Origin: an uncultured Pseudomonadales bacterium
GTDB lineage: Bacteria > Pseudomonadota > Gammaproteobacteria > Pseudomonadales > CANNCY01
Reading direction: 5' to 3'
NCBI GenBank assembly: GCA_947503335.1
Contig: CANNCY010000002.1
Coordinates: 355,823-419,822 of the forward strand
Length of the DNA stretch: 64,000 bases
The notes under the pieces were generated by a model. The model saw only the letters and a program-made list of their open reading frames with translations, made no database searches and had not been told where the DNA came from. The stretch's first letter is position 1, and each line of letters opens with the position of its first letter. This document shows positions 19,119-29,264 of the stretch, one piece after another. A program made the position numbers and the translations under genes.

Positions 19119-20656
19119 AGCTAAGGCTGCGTATAAAGACTATTTTAATTGTTAGTAACCTAATGCTCGTGTTGGTTATTGCATTATCGTTAGGCGTTGC
19201 CAATCTTTATCAACATTCGCTTATTCAGCAAACACAACGCGCGTTATTGGCACAGGCGACTTGGATTAAATCGCTGATCGAAATTAAAAATGTAGAGCCA
19301 ACGAGATCTTATAAGATAGCACCGCCAGATTTTACGCTAGACCTCGATCATATTTTACCGACCGAGCCAAAACCCGTGGCACAGCATAATATCAGTAATA
19401 ACTTATCGCCAGGTAGTTTTTTAAGTGGTGATAAAGGTCTGCTAATCGAGCGCATGAAAGCGACCCAATCGGTTCTGTTATCTAGCGTACAAATCGTCGA
19501 CAAGAATAGCGTCATCGTTGCTGCCACAAACCAAGATCTGATCAGTCAGTCGTGGCACAATCGAAAGGATATTCGTCAAGCCCTGTCAGGGCAGCGCGTA
19601 TTCAATTTACGTGCAAGAACTGTTAAGCACCCCGAACAAATCTACAACCCTATTAATCGAGTGGGTGAGTTTCGCGTACATCTTATTGAGCCCATTCGCA
19701 TCGATAACGAAATAGTTGGAGCAGTTGTGCTATCTCGCACACCGCCAACGGTGTGGCAACAGGTGGTTACCAATCGCGAGCAAGGCGCAGCTTATGCTGT
19801 TGCATTTTTCGCCATCGTGATTGTCATCGGCATTTTGCTGGGGCTAGCTATTGAGCGCCCCATTTCAAAACTTGCGAACCGGGCAATTAAAGTAGCTAAC
19901 AGAGAAACGACCGAGCTAGAGGAGCTAGAACACCCCATCACATACGAAGCAGACCAATTGAGCCAAGCCGTAAGCTTGCTTGCAAAAAAACTGCTCGCCC
20001 GTGAAAACCACTTACATCAGTTTATTGCCGAACTATCACACGAACTTAAGTCACCGGTAACGTCTCTACAGGGTGCAATTGAATTACTTGTTGAACATGC
20101 CGATGACATGACCGCAGAGCAGCGTGCCCGTTTTTTATCGAATTTGACCGACGACGGTAATCGGTTAGAAGCTCTAGTGCACCGCGCACTAGAATTTGCA
20201 AAGGCCGATCACGATATTAGAAAAGCGCAGCAATGTTCTCTGTCTAATATTACAACGCTTGCCGCTAACTATCAGACAGACCTTGATGTATCAGTAGCCA
20301 TCGACGACCCAAATGATAACCAGATAGCACTGTCAGAATCTTCCCTACTGACTGTTATCAGCAATATGCTAGACAACGCAAAGGCAGCAGGCGCTACAAC
20401 GGTGTCGATAGACGCTAGTATTCAGCTGCAGGCTGTCGTGCTTAGGGTCACAGATAACGGTAAGGGTATTAGCCAAGCTAACTCAGACAAGGTGTTTACG
20501 CCGTTCTTTACAACTCGCCGCAATCAGGGTGGTACAGGTCTTGGCCTAGCTATCATCGGGTCGATCATCGAACAAGCTGGTGGCACCATTAGGCTAGTAT
20601 CGCCTAGCAACCCCACCCAGTTCGAGCTAGTTGTGCCAATAATTGCCAAGCCCTAG
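19115..20656 (+). CDS. Sensor histidine kinase (CreC/ChvG-like)
   Basis: Two TMs, ELSHELKSP H-box, NMLDNA, DNGKGI, GGTGLGL; ATGA overlap with the regulator. Confidence 0.93.
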   Translation: MKLRLRIKTILIVSNLMLVLVIALSLGVANLYQHSLIQQTQRALLAQATWIKSLIEIKNVEPTRSYKIAPPDFTLDLDHILPTEPKPVAQHNISNNLSPGSFLSGDKGLLIERMKATQSVLLSSVQIVDKNSVIVAATNQDLISQSWHNRKDIRQALSGQRVFNLRARTVKHPEQIYNPINRVGEFRVHLIEPIRIDNEIVGAVVLSRTPPTVWQQVVTNREQGAAYAVAFFAIVIVIGILLGLAIERPISKLANRAIKVANRETTELEELEHPITYEADQLSQAVSLLAKKLLARENHLHQFIAELSHELKSPVTSLQGAIELLVEHADDMTAEQRARFLSNLTDDGNRLEALVHRALEFAKADHDIRKAQQCSLSNITTLAANYQTDLDVSVAIDDPNDNQIALSESSLLTVISNMLDNAKAAGATTVSIDASIQLQAVVLRVTDNGKGISQANSDKVFTPFFTTRRNQGGTGLGLAIIGSIIEQAGGTIRLVSPSNPTQFELVVPIIAKP

Positions 20657-20696
20657 CTCTTTTCATTACCTATCTACGCCACATACAATTGCAGGC

Positions 20697-20778
20697 TCCT
20701 AAGGGGCGGCCACGGCCTGAGATGCAATTATGCAGACCCTTTGAACCTGATCCGGCTAACACCGGCGTAGGGATAGGA
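20697..20778 (+). ncRNA. TPP riboswitch
   Basis: P1 TCCTA/TAGGA, GGGG...CTGAGA...ACCCTTTGAACCTGATCCGGCTAACACCGGCGTAGGGA; downstream GGTCTCT (20802-20808) can pair with RBS region AGAGACC (20826-20832). Confidence 0.95.
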
Positions 20779-20835
20779 TAACCGTCTGTCTTTCGCTGCC
20801 GGGTCTCTCATAGTTCGTTTAATAAAGAGACCATT

Positions 20836-22956
20836 ATGACCATCAAACCTTTAGCCTTTGCTATCACCGCTGCTATCAGCACACCCAGCCTTGCGTCGTC
20901 GATCGAAGAAATTATCGTCACCGCAAATTTTCGCGATGTAGCCTTAACCGAAACAGCACAGAGCGTAACCGTTGTTGACGCAGCTGCCGCTGACGCCCGT
21001 AACGCTACGCACATCGAATCATTACTGGCCCTTGCCCCGAACATCGACTTTAGCAGCGGCTCGTCGCGCTCGCGCTTTATTCAAGTACGTGGTGTTGGCG
21101 ATCTAGAGCAGTACGGCGAGCCAAAGTACTACCCGTCGGTCGGCGTTGTCGTTGACGGTTTTGAGTTAACCCATGCCGGTGCAGCCACTACCTTTGATAT
21201 GGCCCAAGTAGAAGTACTTCGTGGCCCACAGGGTACCCGCTATGGCGCAAGCGCTCATGCTGGTCTAGTTAAGCTAACGACCAATGCACCGACTGAAGAG
21301 TTTGAAGGCAATGTCACAGTAGGCGTGGGTAACCAAGGCGCTTATCAGGTGGGCCTAGTAACCAGTGGTGCTATTGCAGACCGCGTTAAGGCCCGTGTTG
21401 CAGTGTTCCAAAACACAAGTAATGGCTCTACTTACAATGACTACCTAAAAGACGACACTGCTAACATCGACGAATTTACGTTACGTGCTACTGTTGATTT
21501 TGATGCGAGCGATACTAGCAGCTACCGTTTTCAGGTATTAAATATCGATACCAGCAACGGCTATGACGCGTACAGCTTTGACAATACACACACGACTTAT
21601 AGTGATCAGCCTGGTAAAGACACCAACGAAACCCTTGGTTTTAACCTAAGTGGTAACTGGCAATTAGGTAACGGTGAACTAACCGCAACCCTAACCACTA
21701 GTGAAGCAGACCTTTACTACAGCTACGACGCCGACTGGGCGAGCCAAGACTACTGCGTGCAGTACACCTGCTCGTACGGTATTGACACCGCACAAGAGAT
21801 CTTTGCTCGCACACAAGATCGCGATACTGCCGAAGTTCGCTATGTAGCTGGTGCTGCCGACCTTGGTGCTGGCGATAGTAATTTTGTTATTGGCGCGTAC
21901 TACAACAAGGGTGATGAATCGTTAGATTACGAATACCCGAGCCTGTGGTACGGCGATTACGGTTCGCAAAGCACCTACAAAACCCAGCGCACCGCAATCT
22001 ACGGCGAATACGGCTTAGGCCTAACTGACAAGCTTTCGGTAACCGCAGGTGTACGTGCCGAACGCTTTGAAGAAGACTATAGCGACTCGAACATGGTTCA
22101 GCATAGCGACAGTGATACACTAACCAACGCAGAGATTTCGTTTGGTTACGAGCTAGGTAACGGCCACGTCTATGCAACGCTCGCCGGTGCACAAAAGCCT
22201 GGTGGCACTAACGTTAGTGCAAGCAGCCAATACGGCTGGATGAGCCCCGATTTTCAAACCTTTATGGCGCAAAAACTGCAGTTTGGCGCAGAATCTTTGT
22301 TCAACAAAGAGATCGGCTATAAGGGCGAGTTTATGGGCGACCGTGGTTTAGTGCGTGCTGCGCTGTTTCATACCGACCGCAGCAACGCACAGTTAGAAAA
22401 CTGGATGTGGGACGACGCCGCAGGCCTATGGATTGGCTACCTAGACTCTACCTCTGATGCTACTAGCTACGGTGCCGAACTTGAATTAGATTTTGCCGCT
22501 ACCGAACAGCTTCAACTATCTGCATCGTTAGGCTTGCTTAAAACCAAAGTCGATGCGATCGAAGCTTTCGACCAAGATCTATGGGGTTTCGTAACCAAGT
22601 ACGATCGTGATCAAGCTAAGTCACCTGAATATACCTACCACCTTGGTGCCAACTATCAGTTCACTGACGCGTTAAGTGCTGGTCTAACTATTGAAGGCAA
22701 GGGCAAGAGCTATTTTGGTTACTACCATGACGGCCAGCTAGAGGCGATTGATTTGGTGAACGCCCATATGGCATGGAACCAAGGCAACCTAAACCTAACG
22801 CTATGGGCCCGTAACCTCACTGACGAAACCTATGCGACCCACGCACTGTACTTTGGTGCCGACCCTCGCGACGATTTTGGCGCCTGGGGCAACGCGACCT
22901 ACAAACAGTTAGGTGAGCGCCGTACCTACGGTTTAACTGCGCGTTATCAGTTTTAA
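20836..22956 (+). CDS. TonB-dependent receptor, probably for thiamine or a precursor
   Basis: EEIIVTA, VEVLRGPQGTRYG, RNLTDETY, C-terminal RYQF; directly under the TPP riboswitch. Confidence 0.9.
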   Translation: MTIKPLAFAITAAISTPSLASSIEEIIVTANFRDVALTETAQSVTVVDAAAADARNATHIESLLALAPNIDFSSGSSRSRFIQVRGVGDLEQYGEPKYYPSVGVVVDGFELTHAGAATTFDMAQVEVLRGPQGTRYGASAHAGLVKLTTNAPTEEFEGNVTVGVGNQGAYQVGLVTSGAIADRVKARVAVFQNTSNGSTYNDYLKDDTANIDEFTLRATVDFDASDTSSYRFQVLNIDTSNGYDAYSFDNTHTTYSDQPGKDTNETLGFNLSGNWQLGNGELTATLTTSEADLYYSYDADWASQDYCVQYTCSYGIDTAQEIFARTQDRDTAEVRYVAGAADLGAGDSNFVIGAYYNKGDESLDYEYPSLWYGDYGSQSTYKTQRTAIYGEYGLGLTDKLSVTAGVRAERFEEDYSDSNMVQHSDSDTLTNAEISFGYELGNGHVYATLAGAQKPGGTNVSASSQYGWMSPDFQTFMAQKLQFGAESLFNKEIGYKGEFMGDRGLVRAALFHTDRSNAQLENWMWDDAAGLWIGYLDSTSDATSYGAELELDFAATEQLQLSASLGLLKTKVDAIEAFDQDLWGFVTKYDRDQAKSPEYTYHLGANYQFTDALSAGLTIEGKGKSYFGYYHDGQLEAIDLVNAHMAWNQGNLNLTLWARNLTDETYATHALYFGADPRDDFGAWGNATYKQLGERRTYGLTARYQF

Positions 22957-22965
22957 CAACCGGGG

Positions 22966-23757
22966 TTAATCCCAAAGGCTGAGGTGTTCTTGATAGAACG
23001 CCTCGGTTGTTAGCCGATTACCTTTCAAGCTCGTCAACTGGGTATGGGGGTAGGGTAAACTGAACAACGCGAACGAAAAGCGCTCGCCCTCATCGTTATG
23101 ATATCGAACACGATGATTAAGCGCGTTAATCGCACCATCGGTTAACCACTCTAGTAAATGACCAGCAAAGGCAACCACTCGCCCTGTTTGTTCTAGTGAA
23201 TGCCATTGCTGGGTAACAGGGTGTTGGTACTCAAAGCAGCTATCGTTACCAAACACGAACACCGTTATCAGCGACACATCAGGGTGTTCAGTTAAACGTA
23301 AGTCAGGCCTATCAGCCTTACGAGTAACCTGATCAGGATAGTAATTGGCAGACAGCATGTGACCAAAGTTTTGGTTGTATTGTTGTAACAAACGGTCATC
23401 AATTTGGGCGAGTAGCTGCTGCTCGATGGTTGATACAAACTGCTTAATAGGGTGCCATTGGTCATTAAGAAAATGGCTAAACTGTTGAGGGAAATGCTCA
23501 GGCTTTGAAAAGTCTGACAACACAAACGAGTGCAATGGGTCTTCGGGGCCCTGATTAATCGAATCGGTTTGCCCGTCGTACGAGTAACCATCAAAGGCTA
23601 CACCGTACTGCGATTGCAAATATTGCTCGCGATACGATAATGGCTGCTGTACAAATGATCGCAAGCTGCTGGGCAACTCGCCCATCGGCAATGCGTCTAA
23701 GCTTGAGATATAGGGGCCGGTCAATAAAGGGCTGTTCACTGTGACAACTCGACACAA
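22966..23757 (-). CDS. 2-oxoglutarate/Fe(II) dioxygenase (IPNS-like family)
   Basis: NYYP, HPD...H (LNHRV) facial triad, RFS (RxS) 2OG-binding motif. Start uncertain (TTG 23757 or GTG 23739). Confidence 0.82.
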   Translation of the reverse strand: MCRVVTVNSPLLTGPYISSLDALPMGELPSSLRSFVQQPLSYREQYLQSQYGVAFDGYSYDGQTDSINQGPEDPLHSFVLSDFSKPEHFPQQFSHFLNDQWHPIKQFVSTIEQQLLAQIDDRLLQQYNQNFGHMLSANYYPDQVTRKADRPDLRLTEHPDVSLITVFVFGNDSCFEYQHPVTQQWHSLEQTGRVVAFAGHLLEWLTDGAINALNHRVRYHNDEGERFSFALFSLPYPHTQLTSLKGNRLTTEAFYQEHLSLWD

Positions 23758-23778
23758 AATAAAATTAAGGATAGACAG

Positions 23779-24360
23779 TTGTTAAGCACACTACAAATCA
23801 TCGAGATCGTTGCAACACTTTGTAGCCTAACCTACATCGTTTTGTTGATTAACGAACGTATCGCCTGCTGGGCCTTTGGTATATTGGGTTCTGCATTAAG
23901 TATCTATCTTTTTATCGCAAGCAAACTATACAGCGAAGCATTTCTCTATAGTTTTTATGTAGTGATGGGTATTTGGGGGTGGATTCGTTGGTCACAACGC
24001 TCAACGGCTAACGCCAACCCGATTATTAGTCAGCCTTTGCCAGTGCACGCTATGTACGTAGTTGTGGCGAGTTTTGGCGGCTTGCTGTTAGGCTATCTAG
24101 CCGACACCTATACTGATGCGGCTCGCCCCTACATCGATGCATTCACCACCACGTTTAGCTTTGCGGCGACCTATATGGAAGTCAAAAAGGTATTACAAAC
24201 CTGGCACTACTGGCTGGTATTGAACGCGATCTCGATATGGCTATACCAAGACCGCGAACTAGATATCTATGCAGGCCTTACCGTGGTATATACCTTTATG
24301 TCGGTATATGGGTTTGTGCAGTGGCGTAAGGCGTTTAGACAGCAACCTAAAGCGGTATAG
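23779..24360 (+). CDS. pnuC: PnuC-family vitamin transporter (probably the thiamine transporter PnuT)
   Basis: WAFGI, GIWGWIRW, PYIDAFTT, WHYWLVLN (WxxWxxxN), YGFVQW; TTG start with TAAGGA RBS. Confidence 0.9.
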   Translation: MLSTLQIIEIVATLCSLTYIVLLINERIACWAFGILGSALSIYLFIASKLYSEAFLYSFYVVMGIWGWIRWSQRSTANANPIISQPLPVHAMYVVVASFGGLLLGYLADTYTDAARPYIDAFTTTFSFAATYMEVKKVLQTWHYWLVLNAISIWLYQDRELDIYAGLTVVYTFMSVYGFVQWRKAFRQQPKAV

Positions 24361-24361
24361 A

Positions 24362-25144
24362 TTAAGTTAACTCAACTCCTGCACTGGCCACCATACCTCC
24401 ATCTAGGGTTAACGTGTGGCCAGTAACATAAGCTCCTGCTCGAGAGCATAAGTATATTACTGTACCCGCTGCATCTTCATAGGTACCTACCCGTTTTGCT
24501 GGAATCTTCGACGCAATACCACCTTCTTGCTCGATAAGATGAGCAGTCATTTTGCTAAGAAAATAGCCCGGTGCGATAGCATTAACGTTGATCCATTCGT
24601 CTGCCATATCAGCAGCCAAGTGGCGAGTCATCTGATGCACCGCTGCTTTACTTGCCGAGTAACTATAGTTATTTAGCTTTGGGTGGGTGATGCCGTTAAT
24701 TGAACCTATATTGATCACTCGGGCAGGATCTAGCTGTGAAGCACCGTTTTTTAAATGCCCATGAAACTTTTGAATCAAAAAGAAGATCGACTTCACGTTA
24801 AGGTCTAAAACCTTATCAAAGCCCACCTCAGGAAAATCATCTATCTCAGCCCCCCAAGCGGCGCCGGCATTGTTGATAAGAATATCAACGGAGGTTTCTA
24901 ATGAGCATACCTTCTGCGCAAATTCAGTTATACCTTCAATCGTTGACACATCTGAGGCTATAGCAACGCAATCACCGTATTGGCTAAGACGTTCGGCGGT
25001 TTCGTTAAGCTGTGTTTCATTACGTGCAGTGATATATACCTTTGCCCCTGCCTGTAACAAACCTGTGGCAATCATTTCGCCAATTCCACGAGAGCCACCC
25101 GTAACAACAGCGACCTTACCCGCGACATCAAAAAGACTCTTCAT
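24362..25144 (-). CDS. SDR family oxidoreductase (RhlG-like)
   Basis: TGGSRGIG, NNAG, YSASK, NAIAPG. Confidence 0.92.
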   Translation of the reverse strand: MKSLFDVAGKVAVVTGGSRGIGEMIATGLLQAGAKVYITARNETQLNETAERLSQYGDCVAIASDVSTIEGITEFAQKVCSLETSVDILINNAGAAWGAEIDDFPEVGFDKVLDLNVKSIFFLIQKFHGHLKNGASQLDPARVINIGSINGITHPKLNNYSYSASKAAVHQMTRHLAADMADEWINVNAIAPGYFLSKMTAHLIEQEGGIASKIPAKRVGTYEDAAGTVIYLCSRAGAYVTGHTLTLDGGMVASAGVELT

Positions 25145-25164
25145 GCCTGTTTACCTCTGCGTAT

Positions 25165-25554
25165 CTAATTGCCAGATTCTGCCTGAACATATAATGGCTT
25201 ACCAGCGTCTACTACATGTACGGTATAAATCTTCAATGCTGTATCGCCTACAACCGTAAAACCCGCATGAACCTTATCGCGCGGGTTCAACAGATTGGCC
25301 CCTGTCTTTAGCGTAATTTGCTTGCCATTAGGCAGCGCTACCGTTGCCCCCTGCACCACAAACAACGCCTCGACACCTGGGTGGCTATGGCGAGGTATAA
25401 CCTCGCCTGGTTGATAGGTTGCGATGGCCACAACCATTTCAGTTTGCTCGGTTTGTGGAGCTAAGGTAACTCGGTGCTGTTCAACGGTTTCGGCAAGTGC
25501 AGTGCTCGTGGCGGCCAATGCGATGATCGCTGTTAAAAAGGCATGTTTAATCAT
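25165..25554 (-). CDS. Exported cupin-domain protein
   Basis: Signal peptide; HSHPGVE...VHAG cupin motifs. Confidence 0.85.
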   Translation of the reverse strand: MIKHAFLTAIIALAATSTALAETVEQHRVTLAPQTEQTEMVVAIATYQPGEVIPRHSHPGVEALFVVQGATVALPNGKQITLKTGANLLNPRDKVHAGFTVVGDTALKIYTVHVVDAGKPLYVQAESGN

Positions 25555-28500
25555 TAGTACTCACCGGCGTAATGGCATACTGATAGCGATAATCTAATCG
25601 AGGTAAGCGGTACTTCAATAATGGTGGCGTACCCCACGAATCAGTACCGCCAACACCGCGCTGCTTAAAATCGATATTGGCAAAGATACGATCGCGTTTA
25701 ACTAAATCGGTTGGGTGCATATTACGGCGCTTAACGTCGTGCTTACTAGAATCGTACTGATCTGTGTCGTAATACTGTGCACCAAAACTTAGCAGTGGCG
25801 AGCCTTCAAATCGCACACCCTCGCCCTGTTCGTTAGTAAAGGTTACTTCGCGCACGTCGGTTCGATAACCGTTCTCTTGTGGGCGAACATAGGGCACGTA
25901 AAGCTCGTCAACCGTTTTACTATAACGACCCACCAGTGCAGATCGATCGCGATCCCAATAGTTTTCGTGAGGGCCGCGGCCAAACCATTGCACGTTGTGA
26001 AGATTTTGATCTAGTTGCCATAAGGTTCCTAATCGCGGCATCTCTGCCATCTTCGCGTGAGGCGCCGCATAAAACCAAACATCTGCGTCGATACGACCAT
26101 CGCCCGAAATAATATAGGTACTTAGATAACGACTTTGCAACGGCGCCAAGAAATGCTCTAACTGTACCTGCACTCGCGACTTAGACAGTCTTTTAACATT
26201 CATGCTTGTTAGCTGCGCAGAACGACCAGCGTTTTGGTAGGCTCCAAAGCCTTGGGTGTAATCGCCAATATCAAAATCGTTGTCGATCGGTGCTCGCCAA
26301 AAATCAGGGCGCACGTTGTCAACTAGCACTTGGGTCTTACCGTATGTTAGCTGGCTAATAGCACCCTTCTCTTTATCAAACATAACGCTAAAGCTTTTGC
26401 CCGAAATAGCGTAAGCGGTAGATGTCTCTTTAAGCTTTATAGACTGATTCGATACTAATTTAGTACGCGGCGATGAAGGCAATGCATACTGGTTAACACC
26501 AACGACATGCCCCTGCGGTAACATTGGCATCGGCTTGTTTGTATAGGCTTCAAAGGTAACAAAGTATTCTGTACCAGCTTTGGGGGTGTGCTGATAATCA
26601 AAGACCAACGACTGACTTGTTTGGGCTGCCGCACTCAACTGCCCTAACTCACCACTAGCCACTTCAACACCATCGGCTTCAACTCGCCAACGACCGTTAT
26701 AGTCTGATAGGTCTTTAAAGAAGTATTTGTTTGCAACCACAACTGTTGAGTCTTGCAGTGCAAAGTCGATATTTTGGTGCACCTTTTTTACTTCGTGTAA
26801 GTACGGGTAGATCGAGCGATCAGCGTACACTAAGCCATTGGCAGAAAAGCTATCCGAATGCTGCACAGTGGGTGGCTCTAAATCGCCACCGTACGCCCAA
26901 AACATCTCGCCATTGGGTGCTTTTTTGGCGAAGGTTTGATCTACCCAATCCCAAATGAAGCCGCCTTGCAGAATGTCGTACTTTTCGAAGGCATCCCAAT
27001 ACTCGCCAAAGTTACCAAGGCTATTGCCCATGGCATGTTCATATTCGATCAAGATAACGGGGCGCTGATGTAAGCCTGATTCTGCATAACGAACTATCTG
27101 ATCGATACCGGCATACATCTGCCCATAGGCATCAGTGTGTCGGCGTAGTTGAGCCTGCTCTGACATAACGGGCGAGTTGGGCTCTTTGTCTTTTAACCAA
27201 TCGTAAGTGGCTTCTAAGTTTGGGCCATCACCCGATTCGTTACCTAACGATCGCATTATCACCGACGCGCTATTCTTACTGCGCTCATACATGTTGCTAA
27301 CACGATCAATATAGGCCGCAGCCCATTCAGGCTTATTAACGATATGGTTGTCTGCGTCGTAGCCACCCTGGTTTGCCGCACCAATACCGTGAGACTCGGT
27401 ATTGGCTTCGTCCATGATATAAAAACCATACTCATCGGCTAGGTCGTACCAGTAAGGGTCGTGAGGATAGTGAGCAAGACGTACAGCGTTGATGTTGTAC
27501 TGCTTCATTAGCTCGGCGTCTTTGCGCATAGATTCGCGCGACACCACATGCGCTGTAACTGGGTCGTGCTCGTGGCGGTTAACACCCTTAAACAAAACCG
27601 GCTTGCCGTTGACTAAGATATTACTGCCCACAAGTTCTGACGATCTAAAGCCGATGGGCTTACGAATAACCTGTGTCACAGTGTCGCCGTCTTTTAGCGC
27701 TAACTCTAGGGTATAAAGATTGGGCTGCTCGGCGCTCCAAGGTTTGATGTTGTCAAATACCTCGTTCAACGTTAGCGCAACTGTTTTGTCATTCGCTAAT
27801 CGGCTTGTGTTTAGCGATTTACTTAGCAATGTTTCATTGGCGTCTAGCAACGTTACCTCTACCTGCCCGCTACCTGCCTTGCCGTTATTTTCAATATCAA
27901 TGGCTAGCTCAAGCACACCATCACGGTAATCGTTAGTAAGAGTGGTATAGGCATGGTAATCAGCAATATGTAACTTAGGGGTCGCGTATAGGTAAACATC
28001 GCGTTCGATACCCGATATACGCCACATATCCTGGCACTCTAAATAACTGCCATCAGAATAGCGGTACACTTCAGCAGCTATCAGATTCTCGCCTTGTTTT
28101 ACGTACTCGGTAATATCAAATTCAGCGCCCGTTTTAGAGTCTTGCGAATAACCAACTTTCTTGCCATTCACATACAGGTAAAAAGCTGACTTAACCGCGC
28201 CAAAATGCGCAAAGATTTGCTGGCCGTTCCAGTCACTAGGTAACGACACCGTCTTGCGATAAGTACCCACCGGGTTATACGCAACCGGCAACTGAGGCGG
28301 TACTAGATTGTTATCAAAGCAAGCATGCGAATGGTAAAAGGGTATGCCATAACCGTTGATTTCCCAATTAGCAGGCACCTGAAATTTATCCCACTGGCTA
28401 TCGTCTAGATCAACGGCATAAAAGTTATCGATCTGCTTTGAAGGGTGGTCTACCCAACGAAAATTCCACTCGCCATTGAGCAACAGATGATTAGACGCAT

Positions 28501-28711
28501 CATACTCAACGCGATTCTTAGCATCCTCTCGATTGGGATAGCTAAAGTAGAACGCCCTTGCAGGCTGTTTATTGATTCTAAACACCTCAGGGTTTTGCCA
28601 GTCAGGCATAGAGCTTGCTAATTTTTGAATCGCCTTATCCTGAGCGGCTACAGTGCTCATGGCCGCCACAGAGATAGCCAATGCGGCACTAAAAGCATGA
28701 ATCTTAGACAT
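25547..28711 (-). CDS. lacZ: GH2 beta-galactosidase with signal peptide
   Basis: KGVNRHEH, NAVRLAHYP, SLGNESG (acid/base), EYEHAMGNS (nucleophile), GGFIWDWVDQ, YVRPQENG. Likely start ATG 28711. Confidence 0.93.
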   Translation of the reverse strand: MSKIHAFSAALAISVAAMSTVAAQDKAIQKLASSMPDWQNPEVFRINKQPARAFYFSYPNREDAKNRVEYDASNHLLLNGEWNFRWVDHPSKQIDNFYAVDLDDSQWDKFQVPANWEINGYGIPFYHSHACFDNNLVPPQLPVAYNPVGTYRKTVSLPSDWNGQQIFAHFGAVKSAFYLYVNGKKVGYSQDSKTGAEFDITEYVKQGENLIAAEVYRYSDGSYLECQDMWRISGIERDVYLYATPKLHIADYHAYTTLTNDYRDGVLELAIDIENNGKAGSGQVEVTLLDANETLLSKSLNTSRLANDKTVALTLNEVFDNIKPWSAEQPNLYTLELALKDGDTVTQVIRKPIGFRSSELVGSNILVNGKPVLFKGVNRHEHDPVTAHVVSRESMRKDAELMKQYNINAVRLAHYPHDPYWYDLADEYGFYIMDEANTESHGIGAANQGGYDADNHIVNKPEWAAAYIDRVSNMYERSKNSASVIMRSLGNESGDGPNLEATYDWLKDKEPNSPVMSEQAQLRRHTDAYGQMYAGIDQIVRYAESGLHQRPVILIEYEHAMGNSLGNFGEYWDAFEKYDILQGGFIWDWVDQTFAKKAPNGEMFWAYGGDLEPPTVQHSDSFSANGLVYADRSIYPYLHEVKKVHQNIDFALQDSTVVVANKYFFKDLSDYNGRWRVEADGVEVASGELGQLSAAAQTSQSLVFDYQHTPKAGTEYFVTFEAYTNKPMPMLPQGHVVGVNQYALPSSPRTKLVSNQSIKLKETSTAYAISGKSFSVMFDKEKGAISQLTYGKTQVLVDNVRPDFWRAPIDNDFDIGDYTQGFGAYQNAGRSAQLTSMNVKRLSKSRVQVQLEHFLAPLQSRYLSTYIISGDGRIDADVWFYAAPHAKMAEMPRLGTLWQLDQNLHNVQWFGRGPHENYWDRDRSALVGRYSKTVDELYVPYVRPQENGYRTDVREVTFTNEQGEGVRFEGSPLLSFGAQYYDTDQYDSSKHDVKRRNMHPTDLVKRDRIFANIDFKQRGVGGTDSWGTPPLLKYRLPRLDYRYQYAITPVSTND

Positions 28712-28862
28712 TATTATTTCGCCAACCAAATAACGTCTAGATTATCGTCAACATGGCCTGTGCCGCAATTTACTTCTCTGTGCCATAGATGAATTAAATT
28801 AACCTAACAATCGCTGCCATAAATAGGTAAAGTAACTAACTCTGTTGTAGCGAGGCCTCGCC

Positions 28863-29264
28863 TTGATTAAGTTTATTCAAATCGCCTCGGCGTTATTTAG
28901 TCTAGTTATTCTTTATCTGATTTTGTTTGCCACAAAACAGCAAGGTATTCCTTTGTTTTATTGGGCAGAATCGATTCCGTACGGTGACAAGTTAGGGCAT
29001 GTAGGCCTATCAGCCATGCTCGTGTTATTTCTATCTGCAGTAACACGCTGCAAATCGTTCAAGATTGCCGGCATACCAGTTTACTGGTCGTTTGCTGCGG
29101 CACTTGCGCTACTAACCTTTGGCGAGATCACCCACCACTTTAATGCGGCTCGTTCATTTGAATGGGGCGATCTATTAGCCAATTTGACTGGCACGTTGTT
29201 TGGGGTAGCGATTTCGGCCCTGGTATACGACCGTGTGCATCCTTTTACAAAGCGCTATCGATAA
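28863..29264 (+). CDS. VanZ-like membrane protein
   Basis: DKLGH, GEITH, RSFEWGDLLANLTG. Confidence 0.75.
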   Translation: MIKFIQIASALFSLVILYLILFATKQQGIPLFYWAESIPYGDKLGHVGLSAMLVLFLSAVTRCKSFKIAGIPVYWSFAAALALLTFGEITHHFNAARSFEWGDLLANLTGTLFGVAISALVYDRVHPFTKRYR

